Source: Paramecium tetraurelia (taxonomy: Eukaryota). From it: a stretch of 64,000 nt of DNA. The notes below the pieces were generated by a model. That model saw nothing but the letters and a program-made list of their open reading frames with translations, was not told the DNA's origin and did not search any database. This document shows positions 27,842 through 42,145 of the stretch, piece by piece. The translations under genes and the position numbers were made by a program. How positions within the stretch are numbered: position 1 is the stretch's first letter; each line of letters opens with the position of its first letter. Location: NCBI GenBank assembly GCA_000165425.1, contig CT868023.1:62001-126000 (forward strand). The letters are read 5' to 3'.

Positions 27842-28437
27842 TCAACACTTTTCATCATGATAACTCCATAGAAAGCTTTTTGGACCTCTTCCAGCTGCTC
27901 TTTTGACGAATTCTGCATCATTAGGTGGTTTCATCTTAGATATATTATAATAAGAGACTTTTTTTGTAGCGCTAGATAACATCGATTGTATTGACAAGCA
28001 GATAGAACTCACAGTAAGGGCTGCTGACCATTCTAAAATACATAATGCGTCAAAAGTACCATCAAATAATATTGATAAGCAAATGAATCCATTGGAATAG
28101 ATGTGCTCATGTTCAGGTGGTTTGCCAATAAAGATTACCTATTTAATCAGATTTTATATTACTTCAGGTGATTCGATTGGCTAATTTCAAAGAAAAAAAG
28201 AGCTAAATAGGTATAAGTATTTCTACATATTCGTTTGAAAACTTGAATTGCAATCTAATTTATTTAAATTATATACTCGAATTTCTCTCCTTGATACAAT
28301 GTTCCCTTAGCACCCTCAAATGCTACAATCCAATGTTTAATATCATTATTAGGCATTCTCACATTAAATTGGTCTGTGTACGACTTTTACATCTACTCTA
28401 AATCCTTTTAGAGTCTTTTGGCCATTCTACTTTGCAT
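27842..28437 (-). CDS. UBE2W: Ubiquitin-conjugating enzyme E2 W-like
   Basis: AKRLQKDL, GTLYQGEKF, HEHIYSNGFICLSIL (catalytic Cys), VSSICLSIQSMLSS and WSYHDEKC*. Five short introns. Confidence 0.9.
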
Positions 28438-28659
28438 TTTTAATACTTAAGAAAATTATTTATTATTTTTTTAATTGAAATCAAATTAAGAATTTTAATG
28501 TTTTGTGAAGGGAGTCTTCTTAATGATCAGTGAAATAAGATCAAAAAATTAGAGTTAAAAAGGGAGATATAAAATAAAGTGATTAAATAATAAAAACGAT
28601 GAAAATGAAAGCACTTAATATAAAATATTTAAAATTATAATAAATTATATTTTAATATA

Positions 28660-29062
28660 GATAAATTATTATTTAAGTAAATAATTAGAGCATTGCCGCT
28701 TGATTATTTAATTTTAAAGACAAATGCAAATTTCAGAAAATCACTATTTGCTCAAAAGGTAGGATACACAAGATCAAAAGTTCAATTCATAATTTTCTTC
28801 ACCAGAAACAGATTACAGGTTAACCCAAAAAGATATAATTCCTTTTAAGTCACAAGAGGATTTCGAAAAGGAAACCCAACAATTACAATTCTTCACTCCA
28901 AAAAAGATAAGATATCAAGAGAAGGAGATTTATTATACCCCTGAGAATAAAAAGAAACAAGTACATCATGCAGAGATAGAGGACAGAAAATTCAAATAAA
29001 TAGGCAACATCTTGTTTTTCATACAAATTATAATTATTATACTATTGGAAGTGATGAATTGA
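28660..29062 (+). CDS. Small hypothetical protein with C-terminal hydrophobic tail
   Basis: Frame ending QIGNILFFIQIIIIILLEVMN*; start not resolved. Confidence 0.35.
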
Positions 29063-29079
29063 ATATTCTAATTATTTTT

Positions 29080-30119
29080 ATGTAATAAATATAATACTAC
29101 TCTTGTGGATCAGGGGGCTGTGGACTATTACTATAAGACACCTTGGACGACTTAAATGCTCCTAAAATATGCTCATAATTAATCAATAAGGATTAGAAAA
29201 CTATAAAAATGAAGTTTAGTGGATTGGTAGGATTAATTAAAGAAGGTGATAAAATGTTCATATATGGGTAATGGGTGTCTTTATATGTAATTCCAAAGGA
29301 GATAAACCTAATATAAAGTGTATCTAAATTTTCATGTGGTTGGTAACATTGTTTGATCCTTACTGATAAAGGACTTTATGGTTTAGGATCAAATAAATTT
29401 AATGAGTTGGGACTTGCTCATAAATAAATATTTGAGGAACCCTAATAGATAGCAGTTGATCATACCAAAATTAGCAACTTAACATGTGGCTTTAGATAAA
29501 GTTTTATAATTCAAGATGAATGCATATTTGGAGTAGGATAAAATAAGCAGAACGAGTTAAATATTTCAAATATTAAGATTGTTGAGCAATTCACAAAGAT
29601 CAATATACAAAGGAGCATAAAGAAAATTAAATGCGGATAAAAATTTACTTTAGCATTATCAAGTAGAATATTCATTCTTATCAAGATGATAATTCCTTAT
29701 ATGGATGGGGAAGTAATAGTTTTGGATAATTATCATAAGAACCTCAACTCTAAATATTAGAGGAACAAGAATTAATGAAAAATGTTTAAGATTTTGATTG
29801 TGGATGGAGTCACCATGTCATTTTGACAAAAAATGGATAGGTTTATATTTGTGGAAGGGGAGATTTAGGATAACAAGGAGATAATAAAAAGTAACACAAT
29901 TACAATTATTAATTGATTGATTTAAAGGCAACATAAGTAAGATGCGGATCAGAATCAACCATAATAATAAATTAAGACAAATAAGAAATCTATGTCAGTG
30001 GATGGAACGAGCATGGAAATTTAGGATTAGGTCACAATAATAATGTGTATTAATTTGAGATAATTGAAATGATACAGTCAATAAAAGCTAAAGGGGCTAC
30101 AATATTGTTATCAAAATGA
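29080..30119 (+). CDS. RCC1-repeat protein (SERGEF/Ats1-Kti13-like)
   Basis: SCGWQHCL, GLGSNKFNELG, GWGSNSFGQL, CGWSHHV and SGWNEHGNLG repeats. Confidence 0.8.
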
Positions 30120-30937
30120 AAATTATACGAAAAGTTTTCATTTTTATATTACCATTAATTTTTTTAATGACATAATTCAAAGTATATTTTATTTTTGTCT
30201 TTTTCCTTAAATTCTCTATGGGATAGACATTTTTCATATTAAAATGAATTTATCGTTTTAACAAAAATAACCATGATTTTTATTTGTTACCGATGAGAGG
30301 GAATGAAGGAAAAAGAATCGGGTTTTCAAGTTCTAGACTCAACAATAACAGGGGACTGAAACTATTTATATTAATCAAATATCAATTAGTTAATGGATAA
30401 AGTAAAGAAATACTAAAAAAAAAACTTGGACATGAGTGGCCATAATCAAATGGGAAATGCTTTGTTGGGTTCATAAGTGTTGAAATTTGTGATTTCCGTT
30501 ATAAAGCAAGCAGAAACAGTTGAAGAATATCAAATCGAACTTTCTATTTTTCTTTGGGAATATTTAAATATATGTATTTTGAATATATGATTGTCAAATC
30601 AATTGAAAATGAGTAATTTCCAATTAGCATATTATGGATTTCTCTGATTTAAAAATGTATAGATTATATGAAATTATAATTAATAAAGTTCAAACAACTC
30701 TTAAAATATCAGTAATTTAAATCAAATATATTTAAGAATATTCTTTAATTTTATTGGATTTCAGCAAGTTGCTTTGAAAGGGTCACCATTTTGAACAACC
30801 CTGCCGTGTAATTGGATTCAAAGAAGCCCATTAAACTTGGATAAATTTAATTATCCGTATTAATACATAATAATGACTTTAAAATTGCAAATCTTTTTTT
30901 CATCTCTAATTATAAAATTTGTAATTATTTGCAAACC

Positions 30938-31905
30938 ATGCACTAATTTTTACCCAACTAACTCATCTTTGATTCCTATTCCCCAATCAGTTACTGGAAT
31001 GCATACTAAAATCTACAAAACTCCTATTACAACAATTATTATGCTTATCAATAAATGGCTTACTCACAACCTTTCCCATGTTATTAATAGAAACTCCAAT
31101 AAAATTTTGAATAAGGTAACACTTTCCTCCTAAATATATCTAGTACATTATTAGGAAGACCCAATTTCCACTTAAGGCACCAGAAGATCGATTGTAGAAT
31201 ATTCGGATGTGACACCCCAAATCACGAATGAAACTCTCGAACGATACATAATGATGATTATCAACGAGGACGAATCTTTCCACAATATAATAACAAAGCT
31301 AAAAAGTAGCAATTAAATTGCCTTAATAAAATTGCTTGAAATGTTGGCTCAGAAACAGAAATGCTAACAGAAAAGTCGAGAAGAACTCGTTAAGTTTTGC
31401 ATACGCAAAGCATTGAAATTTATTTTCCAAAGGATTTAGGAGAAATACGATAAGACAAGTATATATTAGTTTATAAAATTAGAGACAAATTTGAAATCAG
31501 CACAGAAAATATTCATGTCAATGGTGGAGAAGGAAACCCAAACTACCATAATGCTCCCATTTAGAAAGAATAGCAAAAACAAAACAATGAATTCAGATTT
31601 TTTAAAACAAATTTTCTCATCTTAAACTTTTGTTAATTACTATAAGGAATTTCTAAGTACAATTTTCGTATATCTTAGGCTGCTTAGAACAAGAAATACA
31701 AAAGGATTCAAAAAAAAAAATTGCCTCTCTCTGCAATAAAATTATGAACCATATTCATGATGAAAAAAAGGTAACTTATCAATTTGTATATAATTTATAG
31801 TTTGAATTCGACGTGAAAAGATTGCCTTGGTCTCATTCTAACGTAGAGAAAGTCAAATAGGCTGCTCAAGAAATGTTACTTTATTCGAATTTTGAGATTA
31901 AATGA
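30938..31905 (+). CDS. Hypothetical protein (KSREELVKFCIRKA motif, probably a ciliate-specific family)
   Basis: Spliced frame with a Tyr/Gln-rich N-terminus, KSREELVKFCIRKALKFIF and KRLPWS; three short introns. Confidence 0.6.
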
Positions 31906-32227
31906 ATTATAATATCCATTTATAAATATTTGTATTTTAAGTCTCAAGAACATCAAATTAACAATCAATACATAAAGCAGCAAATACCCAGAAAAAATAA
32001 ACTCCCAATTTAATAGAAATTAAAGAAGGTTGACTATGAAGCACATGTGAGTTCTAAAAAGTATCTAAAAGCTTGAATCGTCCTAGATACACTAATGAAT
32101 AAATGGTGAAAGAAATTCTTTGATAAAACTATGAACAGCCACTGAATTGATTAATATATAATTTAATTAATTATTCTTAATTTAGAATTATATATTAATA
32201 ATGAAATAAATAAAATTATGTTAAAAT

Positions 32228-33238
32228 TCAAACAATAACAATAAGGGAAATAATTAAAATTATTTCGATAATCTAACCTTAGTTTTATTAATCCAAGTAT
32301 TCAGAATAGCAATGTTAATTTGTTTAAGTCGAGTTGAGTTGACATCTCATTTTTTAGGTATTCCACTCACACTATTCCGTCTTCATTTTACACAAGCTAG
32401 GATTTTTGTATTGTTAACATCTAAACATAAATCAAAATTTTGAAGTTACTCAATATTTTAGCACTGATTTTAATTCCATAAGCACAACCCTTTATTTTAA
32501 ACGCAAGTTTCATATTATGTAAATGCAGCACAAACAGTACATCCTCTTATGTAAAATGAACTTAATACTTAGCTCCCCAAATGCATTGGACTCCATTTAC
32601 AAAAGTGCAATCATATTTATCAGATTTATGTTTGCATTACTAAACGACACACTCAAAAGAATCAAAAATAGTGGTTGATTTTTATGCAAGTGGTAATACT
32701 TCTCCATTTACAATAGGTACGCATCTAATAATAGTATAATTAATTAACTTTTCCTTAAATCTTGTATTTCTACACCCCTTTACAGTTTAGAAATCTTTGC
32801 ATTATGTAACTTAAACGCAACTGTCGTCCTGCCAATCGCATGATACTTAACCAAAGGATGAGCAATCTGATTAACTAGTAAAATCTTCACATCTTGATTG
32901 AATATATAACTTTTATACTTTTGATCTACGCATTTTCCATCTGTGTTGGCTATCATTGCTTAAGAGTCATAATTATTAATATTAGTTCCATCCCATCTGC
33001 ATCCATAAGATCTATAATAGCAATTATACTCATTAGTATATTTGGAACATGGCAAATTATAAAGAATTGATTTTTCACATTTATCTGTATTCCACTCACA
33101 AGGGTGATTATCATTGGAATCTCTAGTTTAATAGCATAAATCGCTAGTTGTAATGGATTCGCATGAAATCTAAGTAGTGGAACATGTTTGTGCATCCAAT
33201 ATTGAGATGATATTAAATAGCAGAAATATGTGTAACAT
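32228..33238 (-). CDS. Cys-rich GPI-anchored surface protein (mini-antigen-like), 336 aa
   Basis: Signal peptide MLHIFLLFNIISILDA, repeated CxW motifs, hydrophobic C-terminus IIEIILIISLIVIV*. Confidence 0.8.
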
Positions 33239-33307
33239 GGGGATTTAAGTAATTTATATAATGTAATTGTTATTTACTTAATTCAAAATGAATAAAAATA
33301 ATGATAA

Positions 33308-34300
33308 TCAAAAATTCTTATTAACACTGGCAACTCTTACAGCACTGCCACTAGTTTGATTTACCCTTGACTTAGATATTATTTTGCTGGATGAGGATTA
33401 AGTAATAATTGCTCTTTTCTGAATACTCTCAATCTGGGCTTCCGTCATTGTTATCTCCTCTTCTAAGTCGTGATATTTCTTGTTCAGCTCTTAGAACTTC
33501 TTCCTCCATCTAGCTAATTCAGCATGTTATTCCTCCAATTAATTTTATACTTATTCTTCAACATTCTCTAAATTATTTTACGCTTAATCGACCAAACTTT
33601 CCAAATTTTAAATGTTTTCCTCATTTTCTCTCATTAACTGCTTCAATTTTTCAATTTCTTATTCAAGTTCCCTAATTCTACTTTCATCTTCCACAATTAT
33701 GTGTCTTGTTTCTACCTTCTTTGGAGAACCATATTTTAAAACCAATTATAACTCAATTAATTGTTTCTCCAAAAGAATTTGTTTACTTCTCCAAGGGGCT
33801 TCTATTTCAGCCATAGATATCACATTTATAGGCCTATTTACATGATGTACTTCATGCACTACAGGCACTTCCTCTATCTCACGAACTAAAGATATTGCTA
33901 TGTACACATAATTACTAATATTAACTTAAGGTACTTGTGTTTGTATCAATTATTGATATCTAGGTTATACCGATTATGGAGATTGGGACTATTGTAAATA
34001 TAAAGGAGAAGGAGGTGCAATAGTTGGTTTTCCTATGGATTAAGGGGTAGATTATTAAATCATTGGTTATGGAAGTCTCTAAGGGGAAGGTGTTTAGAAT
34101 AATGACATAGAAAGATTTCTATTTTATTAAGGATATGTAGGGAAAAGGGCTGAATATATGTTAAACTTAATATTACAAGGGCTTCCTTATTGTATTGGAG
34201 ACTTAGCAATCCCATATGGTGATTTTGATTTGTCAATGTAAGGACTCAAATGAGATTTTTAATAGGCAAATCTTGGATCGTTTGGAATGGAAATCTTCAT
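33308..34300 (-). CDS. Pro/Ser-rich plus coiled-coil hypothetical protein
   Basis: SP-rich N-terminus; WRKKFQELNKKYHDLEEE coiled coil. Confidence 0.65.
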
Positions 34301-34480
34301 TAAATTCTGAAATAAAATTTAATTATTAATGAAAATTTAAATGCAGTTAATTTTAGTATTTATAGTTAATGCTTGTTATTATTTAATTTAGTTTAGGTAG
34401 ATCGTTTTTAGTAAATCATTTTGATTATTTATAATAAGATAAGTTTGGGCATAAAATAGAATAGAAAATTATTATATTAA

Positions 34481-36009
34481 TCAATTATAATTTCTTTAGA
34501 TATTGATTTGCTTAATATCTTTCCATCCAAAAATGGCATTCCATTATTAATCATAGACCTATGTGGATTTATCAGGGTAGATGGCATAGATGTGAACATA
34601 GAACATCAAAACAACGATCTAATTTTGAAATTACACTTACTTTCCCAAAGAGCAACAACCAACTGAGTATTATTTGATATTTTTGCAAACCGTATTCTAA
34701 ATGATCAAAAGGTGCATTAAACTCTCCCAAATATGGCTATTAATTTAATATGAAATTTACAGTACTATAAATTGCAAGCCAAATTATGTCCATCAACAAG
34801 GCAACACCCAACATGACCATTATGATTTTAATGTGAAGCAACGATTGAAGTTTATAGTTTTTCTGATAAAACAAAAAGCAATAGAATATAACTAAAAACT
34901 ATAATATATCACACTTTGTTACATCAAAGTTGAGTGTTCGATATAAACTATTCAGCAATCCAAACACCAAATAAAGGATAATTAATAAGAGTGAAATCTA
35001 AACCAGTCTATCTATTTGACTTTCACTTATCAACAAGGGACTTCCTTATTATTATTACTAAATTGGCTGTGTTTGGTATGTCGATATAGTCAGATTATTT
35101 TAGAATTTGATTGCTTGTTTAAATGGGGAATTAATAATATCCAAATCAACTATGTGATCGTTGATTTCCTACTCCAATTAGTTAATCTATGTCGTATTCT
35201 CATCAATTAAGTCTGATAAGTATTTATTCTACGAGTCTATGTAATATTTACTTTTGAATAGATCCATTATATTTTAAGATGCAATTTGGCTCTCACAATA
35301 GAATTACTTTCATCAGTCAAATTCACTGTGAAGTCATGAAGCATCTAATCTCCAAAGGTGTTAATATCAATATATGCAACGCCTCCGATCCCCCTTTTCT
35401 ACTGCAGTTCTGTATCCAACAAAATGAATTTGATCACTGCTTACTCATTGGCATTACTAAATCATATATTGAGAGTATATACAAGTCGAAGGCTTCATTC
35501 CAAACTGGATTTAGTCTTTTTGCTAACTCTACAATTCAATTATTTAATTTACATGTATAAACAATAGATGACATGCATTCTAAACTGATTTATAATTATC
35601 CATTTCCTTAATACAAAATTTCAGCATCAAGAACTTCCACATTCAATTTACTCTATGAATTGACACTATGTGTTTACTGTTGCCTAAGTTTATCATTATA
35701 GGCTCTAATTTCACTATTGATAATTCAAATATGAAATTACATATTTTTCTAATCTATAATTTGTTAGCATTTGTTTATTTTATCATTCAACACATCCTGC
35801 GCCTTCTTAAATACATTAATTAACTAATTAATTGTGCATTATTATTGCAATGATGCTTGTGGGATTTATTCAATCAATTATTAATACACATCTCTATCGA
35901 AATAGCCATTAGCACATTTGGAATCCAAAAATGATAATATTTCCCTTGTATTGTATTTCTGATTGTGTAATTATGAGAACTCATTGAATACATCCTAGAA
36001 TTGATTCAT
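34481..36009 (-). CDS. C2-domain, coiled-coil, multi-pass membrane protein
   Basis: LNVEVLDAE...LNPVWNEAF (C2-like); C-terminal hydrophobic segments such as IIMVMLGVALLMDIIWLAIY. Confidence 0.65.
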
Positions 36010-36067
36010 ATTTAAAAATATAACGATTATTAATAAATATTTTCAATCTCTAATTAATTTATTGAGT

Positions 36068-36253
36068 TCATCTTGTCAAGTGGGTGATTTCTTCAATTCG
36101 TTTTACTAAATCAAACTATGATAGCCTTCTAAAGTTATTGATGAATGACTGGTAAATGCATTCATATCTGTTGGAATTATGATGTTAATTGATGTGTAAG
36201 AACAATCTAGTTTTAGTAAGATTTTTGGGATTAGAAAGTAGAGTTAGATGCAT
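36068..36253 (-). CDS. Possible 61-aa small protein
   Basis: ATG-TGA code-6 ORF MHLTLLSNPK...EEITHLTR*; no motif recognised. Confidence 0.3.
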
Positions 36254-36441
36254 TTGATTATATGAGAGTTATTAAATTTGAAAGAAATTAAATAAATTTA
36301 TATTGCATTTTAAATTTAGTTTTTTAATAAATGATTTGGAAATATCTTGATAAAAATTGATGTAAATAGTATTAAATAAGTTAATTATATAATGAATGCC
36401 AGATTCAAAATAACAGTAATTTGAGTTCGAAATTGGGATGC

Positions 36442-37101
36442 TCACTTGTACTATCGATAAACCATGCCAAATCTGACTTTCTTTTAACTATTGGTCTTAC
36501 TCTTTTGGGAGTTTGATAGGGATTTTTCAGATCCTATAGATTTCAGAATGGATTTAGGTTCTAGAGATAAAATAACTGCTTCATCAAGTTGGCACGACAA
36601 CCTAGTCATTTTGATAAGTTAGTTGGATCTCTGATCAGGACTGTGGATCAATAATGCAGTGTTATGCTTCTTCTAATGATTTGAATGTATGACTTTGACA
36701 GGACTTAGTTATCTATCTGCGGATTTTCTCCTGGTGATAGTTGTTTTATCTTGCTTAAGCAATTCCAAAAAGTAAATCTCTTCCTTCTTATAATGATGTT
36801 TAGATTTGATAGGTTTAGTGGGAGACTACGCTCTAGACAATTTACTTGGTCTGATAGGCGATAAATCGTGATCCTCCTTGTCTTCATTGGTCATCAATAT
36901 TTCAAATTCTTCCTCGTCTAATCTAGCGATGGTTGGGTTCTTTGATTCGATGCTAGGCTTGGATGGACTTTAAGATTATGAATTCAAAAGTGGTAAAACA
37001 CATTAACTATTGCATGGCTCAAATTAATTTTTTAAGTTTCGAGCTACTAAATTTACTTCATCTATAGAAGGAACTTATTAGTGACATGCTCCATTCCCCA
37101 T
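36442..37101 (-). CDS. Predicted N-acylated disordered protein with SILK and RVxF motifs
   Basis: Starts MGNGAC; ends PKSILKS...KKVRFGMVYRQYK*. Confidence 0.7.
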
Positions 37102-37139
37102 TTTTATATATATAAATTAAAAGTTAAATAATCAAACAA

Positions 37140-37630
37140 TCAATCAATCAATTAATCATTTGCAAACAAACCTAGAAAATCTTAGTCGAGAGTAGTTTAA
37201 AATGGAACCTTATTCTAATTATTACGTGCAGTGTTGCTAGGATTACAATTTATAAGATAAATATGTTATTACTATTGATCACTACAAATTATATAAATAT
37301 TATTTACTCCTTGTCATCTTCATTCTCGCATTCTAAGATTTCGCATTTTGTATTGGAATTTTAAGTTCCCTAAAAAGCATGATCCCCCATCAATTTCTTC
37401 CTTCTGCTCCCTTTTGATGTTTAAGGCCTTCGCATTTTTACAAATTCCTCTTCCCTAATTAATCTCGAATTGTGTTGAGTTATAGCTCTGTTTTATTTGA
37501 GTGAACTATTTCTGGATTTGTGATCCAACGAATACTCAGTTGGATAATCTTAGCTTTTACGAGCTTTTAGAATAGGTTAATTGATTTGAGATAATCTTAT
37601 TGCCTTGCACCCCTTCTGTTAATAAGACAT
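37140..37630 (-). CDS. Hypothetical protein
   Basis: MSYQQKGCKAIRLSQ...RRPQTSKG; one 26-nt intron. Confidence 0.5.
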
Positions 37631-37652
37631 TTATAATTATACAAATATAAAT

Positions 37653-40426
37653 TCAAGATTCTAAGACAATAACAATTTTTGATTTTTTCCATTTTCTTCT
37701 GAATATATTGGCATCTATGAAATCGTGAAAACTATCCTAATTATTATTCCTTTGAAAATGATTTTGTATTTCCCTAAAATTCATGTGCGGCATATATTAA
37801 TCATAATCTCTCTATAAATCGAAACCTTCAAAAATGTCCTTGTATCTTCCCATATTTTCATTTTAATCTTAGATTATCAAACATACATTTACTTTATTGC
37901 TCAATCCATATAGGATTAATCTCAAGAGTTTCCGTTTCTTACTCATTCTCCTCAATTGCATCTTAACTTTTTAACCTAGTCATACTTTAAGTACTCTTAG
38001 TAATAAATTATTTATTTAATCCTTTAGATATCTTGAAGCTATCTTCTTTGGTTAACTCTTAATCAAAATTAGTAATTCTTTTAAACTGACTTTATTATTC
38101 TCTACTAAATTAGATACCTAAACTTCTATCATAATTTGCCTCAAGTGATCTAGAAAATTCTTAACTTAAGAATATAGGCACTCCTCTTTTTGGTTGAATT
38201 GATAATTTCTTTTTAGATTTCGGTCGAACCCCATTTTAATTTACAGGAGTTGTTCTATTAATTTAAGTACTTAACTGTTCGTACATTTTAGGGTCTCTTA
38301 AAAGATAGTATAATACGCTATCAGCAATTTTACTCTCGAAACTTAATGTTGATATACGCTTAAAACTATTATTCCTTTATATTAGTCTTCTTTCTTAACA
38401 AAACCTTTTTTTATGTTTAATCAATGTTTTCGTCCTGCTTGGAAAACCGCTAAGCATAGGACAATTATATAAAAGATGTGTTGATTTACTACATCCAATG
38501 CATTAGATGTGGAATTCATCAAATCTGCCAGAAAATTTAACCAAATCCTTCAATTAACAATATTTTTCCTAACATATACAAAAAAGATACATATCCGTAT
38601 TTTTTGGCTATCTATTGAAAATTCTCTCGACTGATCTTTAAAATTCTAGTCACTTTAGTGGTTCTACAATTTATTGAGTGATGTTAATCTAGCAAGAAGT
38701 CCTATTATCCAAAAATTTCATCTTGACCATCAATTTTCTATATAGAAATTGAATTTGATGATCCTTCGGGCAATTAAACATAATATTCAACTTCTCCTTC
38801 GCATAAAATATATAAATATTGACTTTACTCACCTTTTGTAAAGATACTTTACCAAGGCGTTAAACGCTCTTCTTCAAAATCTCCAGCTAATGATTAAAGA
38901 AAATCAGCACTAAAGTTTTCATGAAAAAATGGAATCTTTGATATGCTTTTCATATTCAAATCTAAAAGCATTTCCTTAAATTATGAAAAATGATACTTAC
39001 ATTAAATAAATTACTTGGCAACTATTATTGTAATTTTACCATGTCAATTTAATCTTAACCCATGCAATCTTTCCATAAATACTCAAAATATCTTCTTACT
39101 TTGATTTGTAATTGCTAATTAAATCCTCTAATCCTTAAATATTTTTTTAGATCATTCAAATCCAACCGAATTTACTATTCTTTTTTCTATATAGAATTTA
39201 TGATTTATCCAACGGATGATACAAAGAACCCAAAAGTACAACATGATGTGATTGCTACAAAGATTACTAGGACTCTCTCATTCAAATTCGTTGGAGCAAA
39301 ATCACCATAGCCTATTGTTGTCATAGTAATAACACTCCAGTAAAATGATGAAATCTTTTAATAACAGCAATTTTACATAACTAGTTACAAGATCTGCATT
39401 TTCGAGATTCTCATTAATTATCCATGAGAGGTTTTTATTTTATTTCCCAACAAAATACAAAAAGCAACAGAATATATGAGCCTCTAATACAATTAAGTAC
39501 AATAGTCTAATTAAATCATAAATTGCCCAATGATTGGTTGTCAATTCCAATTTATCCAATATTAATCCAACCCTCTTTGGAACATTAAATATTTTGACTA
39601 GCATGAACAATTATAAGGTGTTATTACTTTTCTAATCAAAGAAGTATGCCAAGGATATTATTATTAGGAATATGTCTATTAGGGTGTCTTTGGAAAAGTA
39701 AAAATGTTTTAATATTTTATTCCTATCAGTAACCAAATAACCAGCCTCATAATAACCACTATTTAATTTAACTAATATGTCGATCAAATAACTAAAAAAA
39801 GGAATAATCAAAAAGAAAACCTCACTTTCCTTATAATTGTCAGGTCTTTAATTTTCAAAATCGAATGCAAACTTTATAGTGCAATATAAAAAATTGAAAT
39901 TGGTCATAAACAGTAAGTAAATATTCCAGATTAAAATTTACTTTTATTCTGGTTTGAATAAAAATCTACTATTAGACAAATAATCGATTAAGTTTTGTAA
40001 ACTATATTGCTTGAATATTGTTTTTTATATCAAATGTTAAAGTCTGGAATCTGGGGCTGCTTTCTAAGATTAAATAGGAATTACTATGTATTTAAAGTAA
40101 TCATTCTTCACATAAAACTTAAAGTCGGAAGCCTTGTCATTAATAATGCGAAACATATTGGCATCTAGATATTTAAAGTCCTATGGGAAGATTGATTGAG
40201 TGATGATAGTTATGAATCTGACGATTTTTACAAATACATTTAATGGATTTACCTTGGACGATTGTACAATTTCCTAATTTTACTTGATGCTTTATATTTT
40301 TTGGAGTTGTAGTGTTTTGAAATATGCTGGACAAGACTTAAATTAGCTTTAACTTCTAAGAGAATCTGATTTCTTGATTTAGGGAATTAAAGGTCTCTCT
40401 GTTAGCAATTCTGAGTTTATGTGCAT
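37653..40426 (-). CDS. Cyclic-nucleotide-binding-domain K+ channel (EAG/HCN-like)
   Basis: Six-TM region, pore FYWSVITMTTIGYGD (~39300-39350), C-linker and CNBD-like region, C-terminal FDLQRDYDQYMPHMN. Confidence 0.9.
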
Positions 40427-40725
40427 TAAATATTTAAATTAATTGATTATTATTTAACATGGATTGACAAAATATTGTTTTTCTGTTTATCCTTTATAAA
40501 GTTTAATAAATAATTGAAATTTTAAGTAATATGAAAATAATCGATGACTACATATTTATAAATCAAATTTAATTCAACAACTTTACAAATACAAAAGGCA
40601 TGACAAGTAAAAAAAAATACTTTATAAATCCCAACCGATTTTAAATTTGCAGATGAAAAAACGCTAGTTAGTGATAATTATTATTAATAATAGAAAGATT
40701 ATATTGCACTTTTAATTGAAAAGGA

Positions 40726-42145
40726 ATGATTTTTCAGTTCTAGTGTATTAGAAAACATCTAATATTTGATAAGCAATACCTATTAACCTATGATGGTTCT
40801 AGCATTTTTATTGGGGAAGTATGCATTCAAACTATATCACCAGACCAAAGCGAAACCCAAATACCAACTCGAAGTATCCCTGAGATCCACAATAACCTTT
40901 CACATTGATGATGATTTTTATGGTTTTTCCATCCCCTACTAAGGGCAATAAAAACTCTTTAGAGCCAATGCTAATAAAATTCGAGAATTTAAGAAATTAA
41001 TCGATGCCAAGATAGTTTATCTTGATATGAATTAGTTTTATCTGCCCCAATAGGTCTTGGGAGTCGGTGCCTTTTCATAAGTATAATTATAAAATCATAA
41101 TCAGGTACAAATGGTTTAAAATTTGCAGACGAAACAATTGGTGGCTGCGAAATTTCTGAACAAGATTCGAGAAGGGAAATCAAATACAGAAAGAATGAAT
41201 GTAATATTGGTTCATAATCCGAATTATAGGATATCATAAATGAAATATAAATATTGTACCGATTAAATCACCCAAATATTGTGAAAATTAAAGAAATATA
41301 TGATAAAACCAATTAAATTGTCATCATCCATGAATTTGTCGATGGTTAAACTTTAGAAAGATTCATCAATGAACATGGAACACAATTACATTAAACTGAA
41401 ATTTAATCAATTATGAGAGTAAAACTATACAAGATTTCATTCTAGGAAATTCTGTTAGCAATTGTCTATATCCATGAACAAGGTTTACTCCACAGAGACA
41501 TCAAACCAGACAACATTATGATTGACAAAAACCTCAATATCAAGATCATCGATTTTGGCTTGGCGACAAAACAAGGAAGTCTGTTATGCTTTCAAAAATG
41601 TGGAACTCCAGGGTATATCGCACCAGAAATTGTCACTTCCAAAAAGTCTCAATACATCACCAAAAGTGACATCTTCAGTCTTGGAGTTGTATTCTATAAA
41701 CTGTAATACCATTCATATTCATATTAGAATTACGTCGAAAGACTTATTTTAGTAATAATAATTAGATAATTTGTAATACTGCTATAAAGAAAACTTACTA
41801 TCAATGGAGCATTTCATTGAATATAATATTCCTGACTCATGCTTTGATCTATTAACTAGCATGCTTTTTTATGATAAGAACAAAAGAATTAGTGCAAAAG
41901 AGTGTTTGCAACATAACTACTTTAAAGAGAGTCTTCGACCTTCTGCCAAGAAATCTTAAGTCTTACTACAACAATCTACTTAATTCGCTTAATAGCAATC
42001 AACTATGTTTTAGTCATGCTTATCAGACGGTAGTAGAAATTAATCAAGAAAAATTAGTGATAAAACAATGAATCGATCGTATAAATTTATTTAAAATCCT
42101 AGTTTATCATACAAAAAGTCGGTTAAATCTAATAGTTCACTATGA
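40726..42145 (+). CDS. Ser/Thr protein kinase (CAMK-like) with N-terminal extension
   Basis: [38 protein letters not shown] and DIFSLG motifs. Confidence 0.9.
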
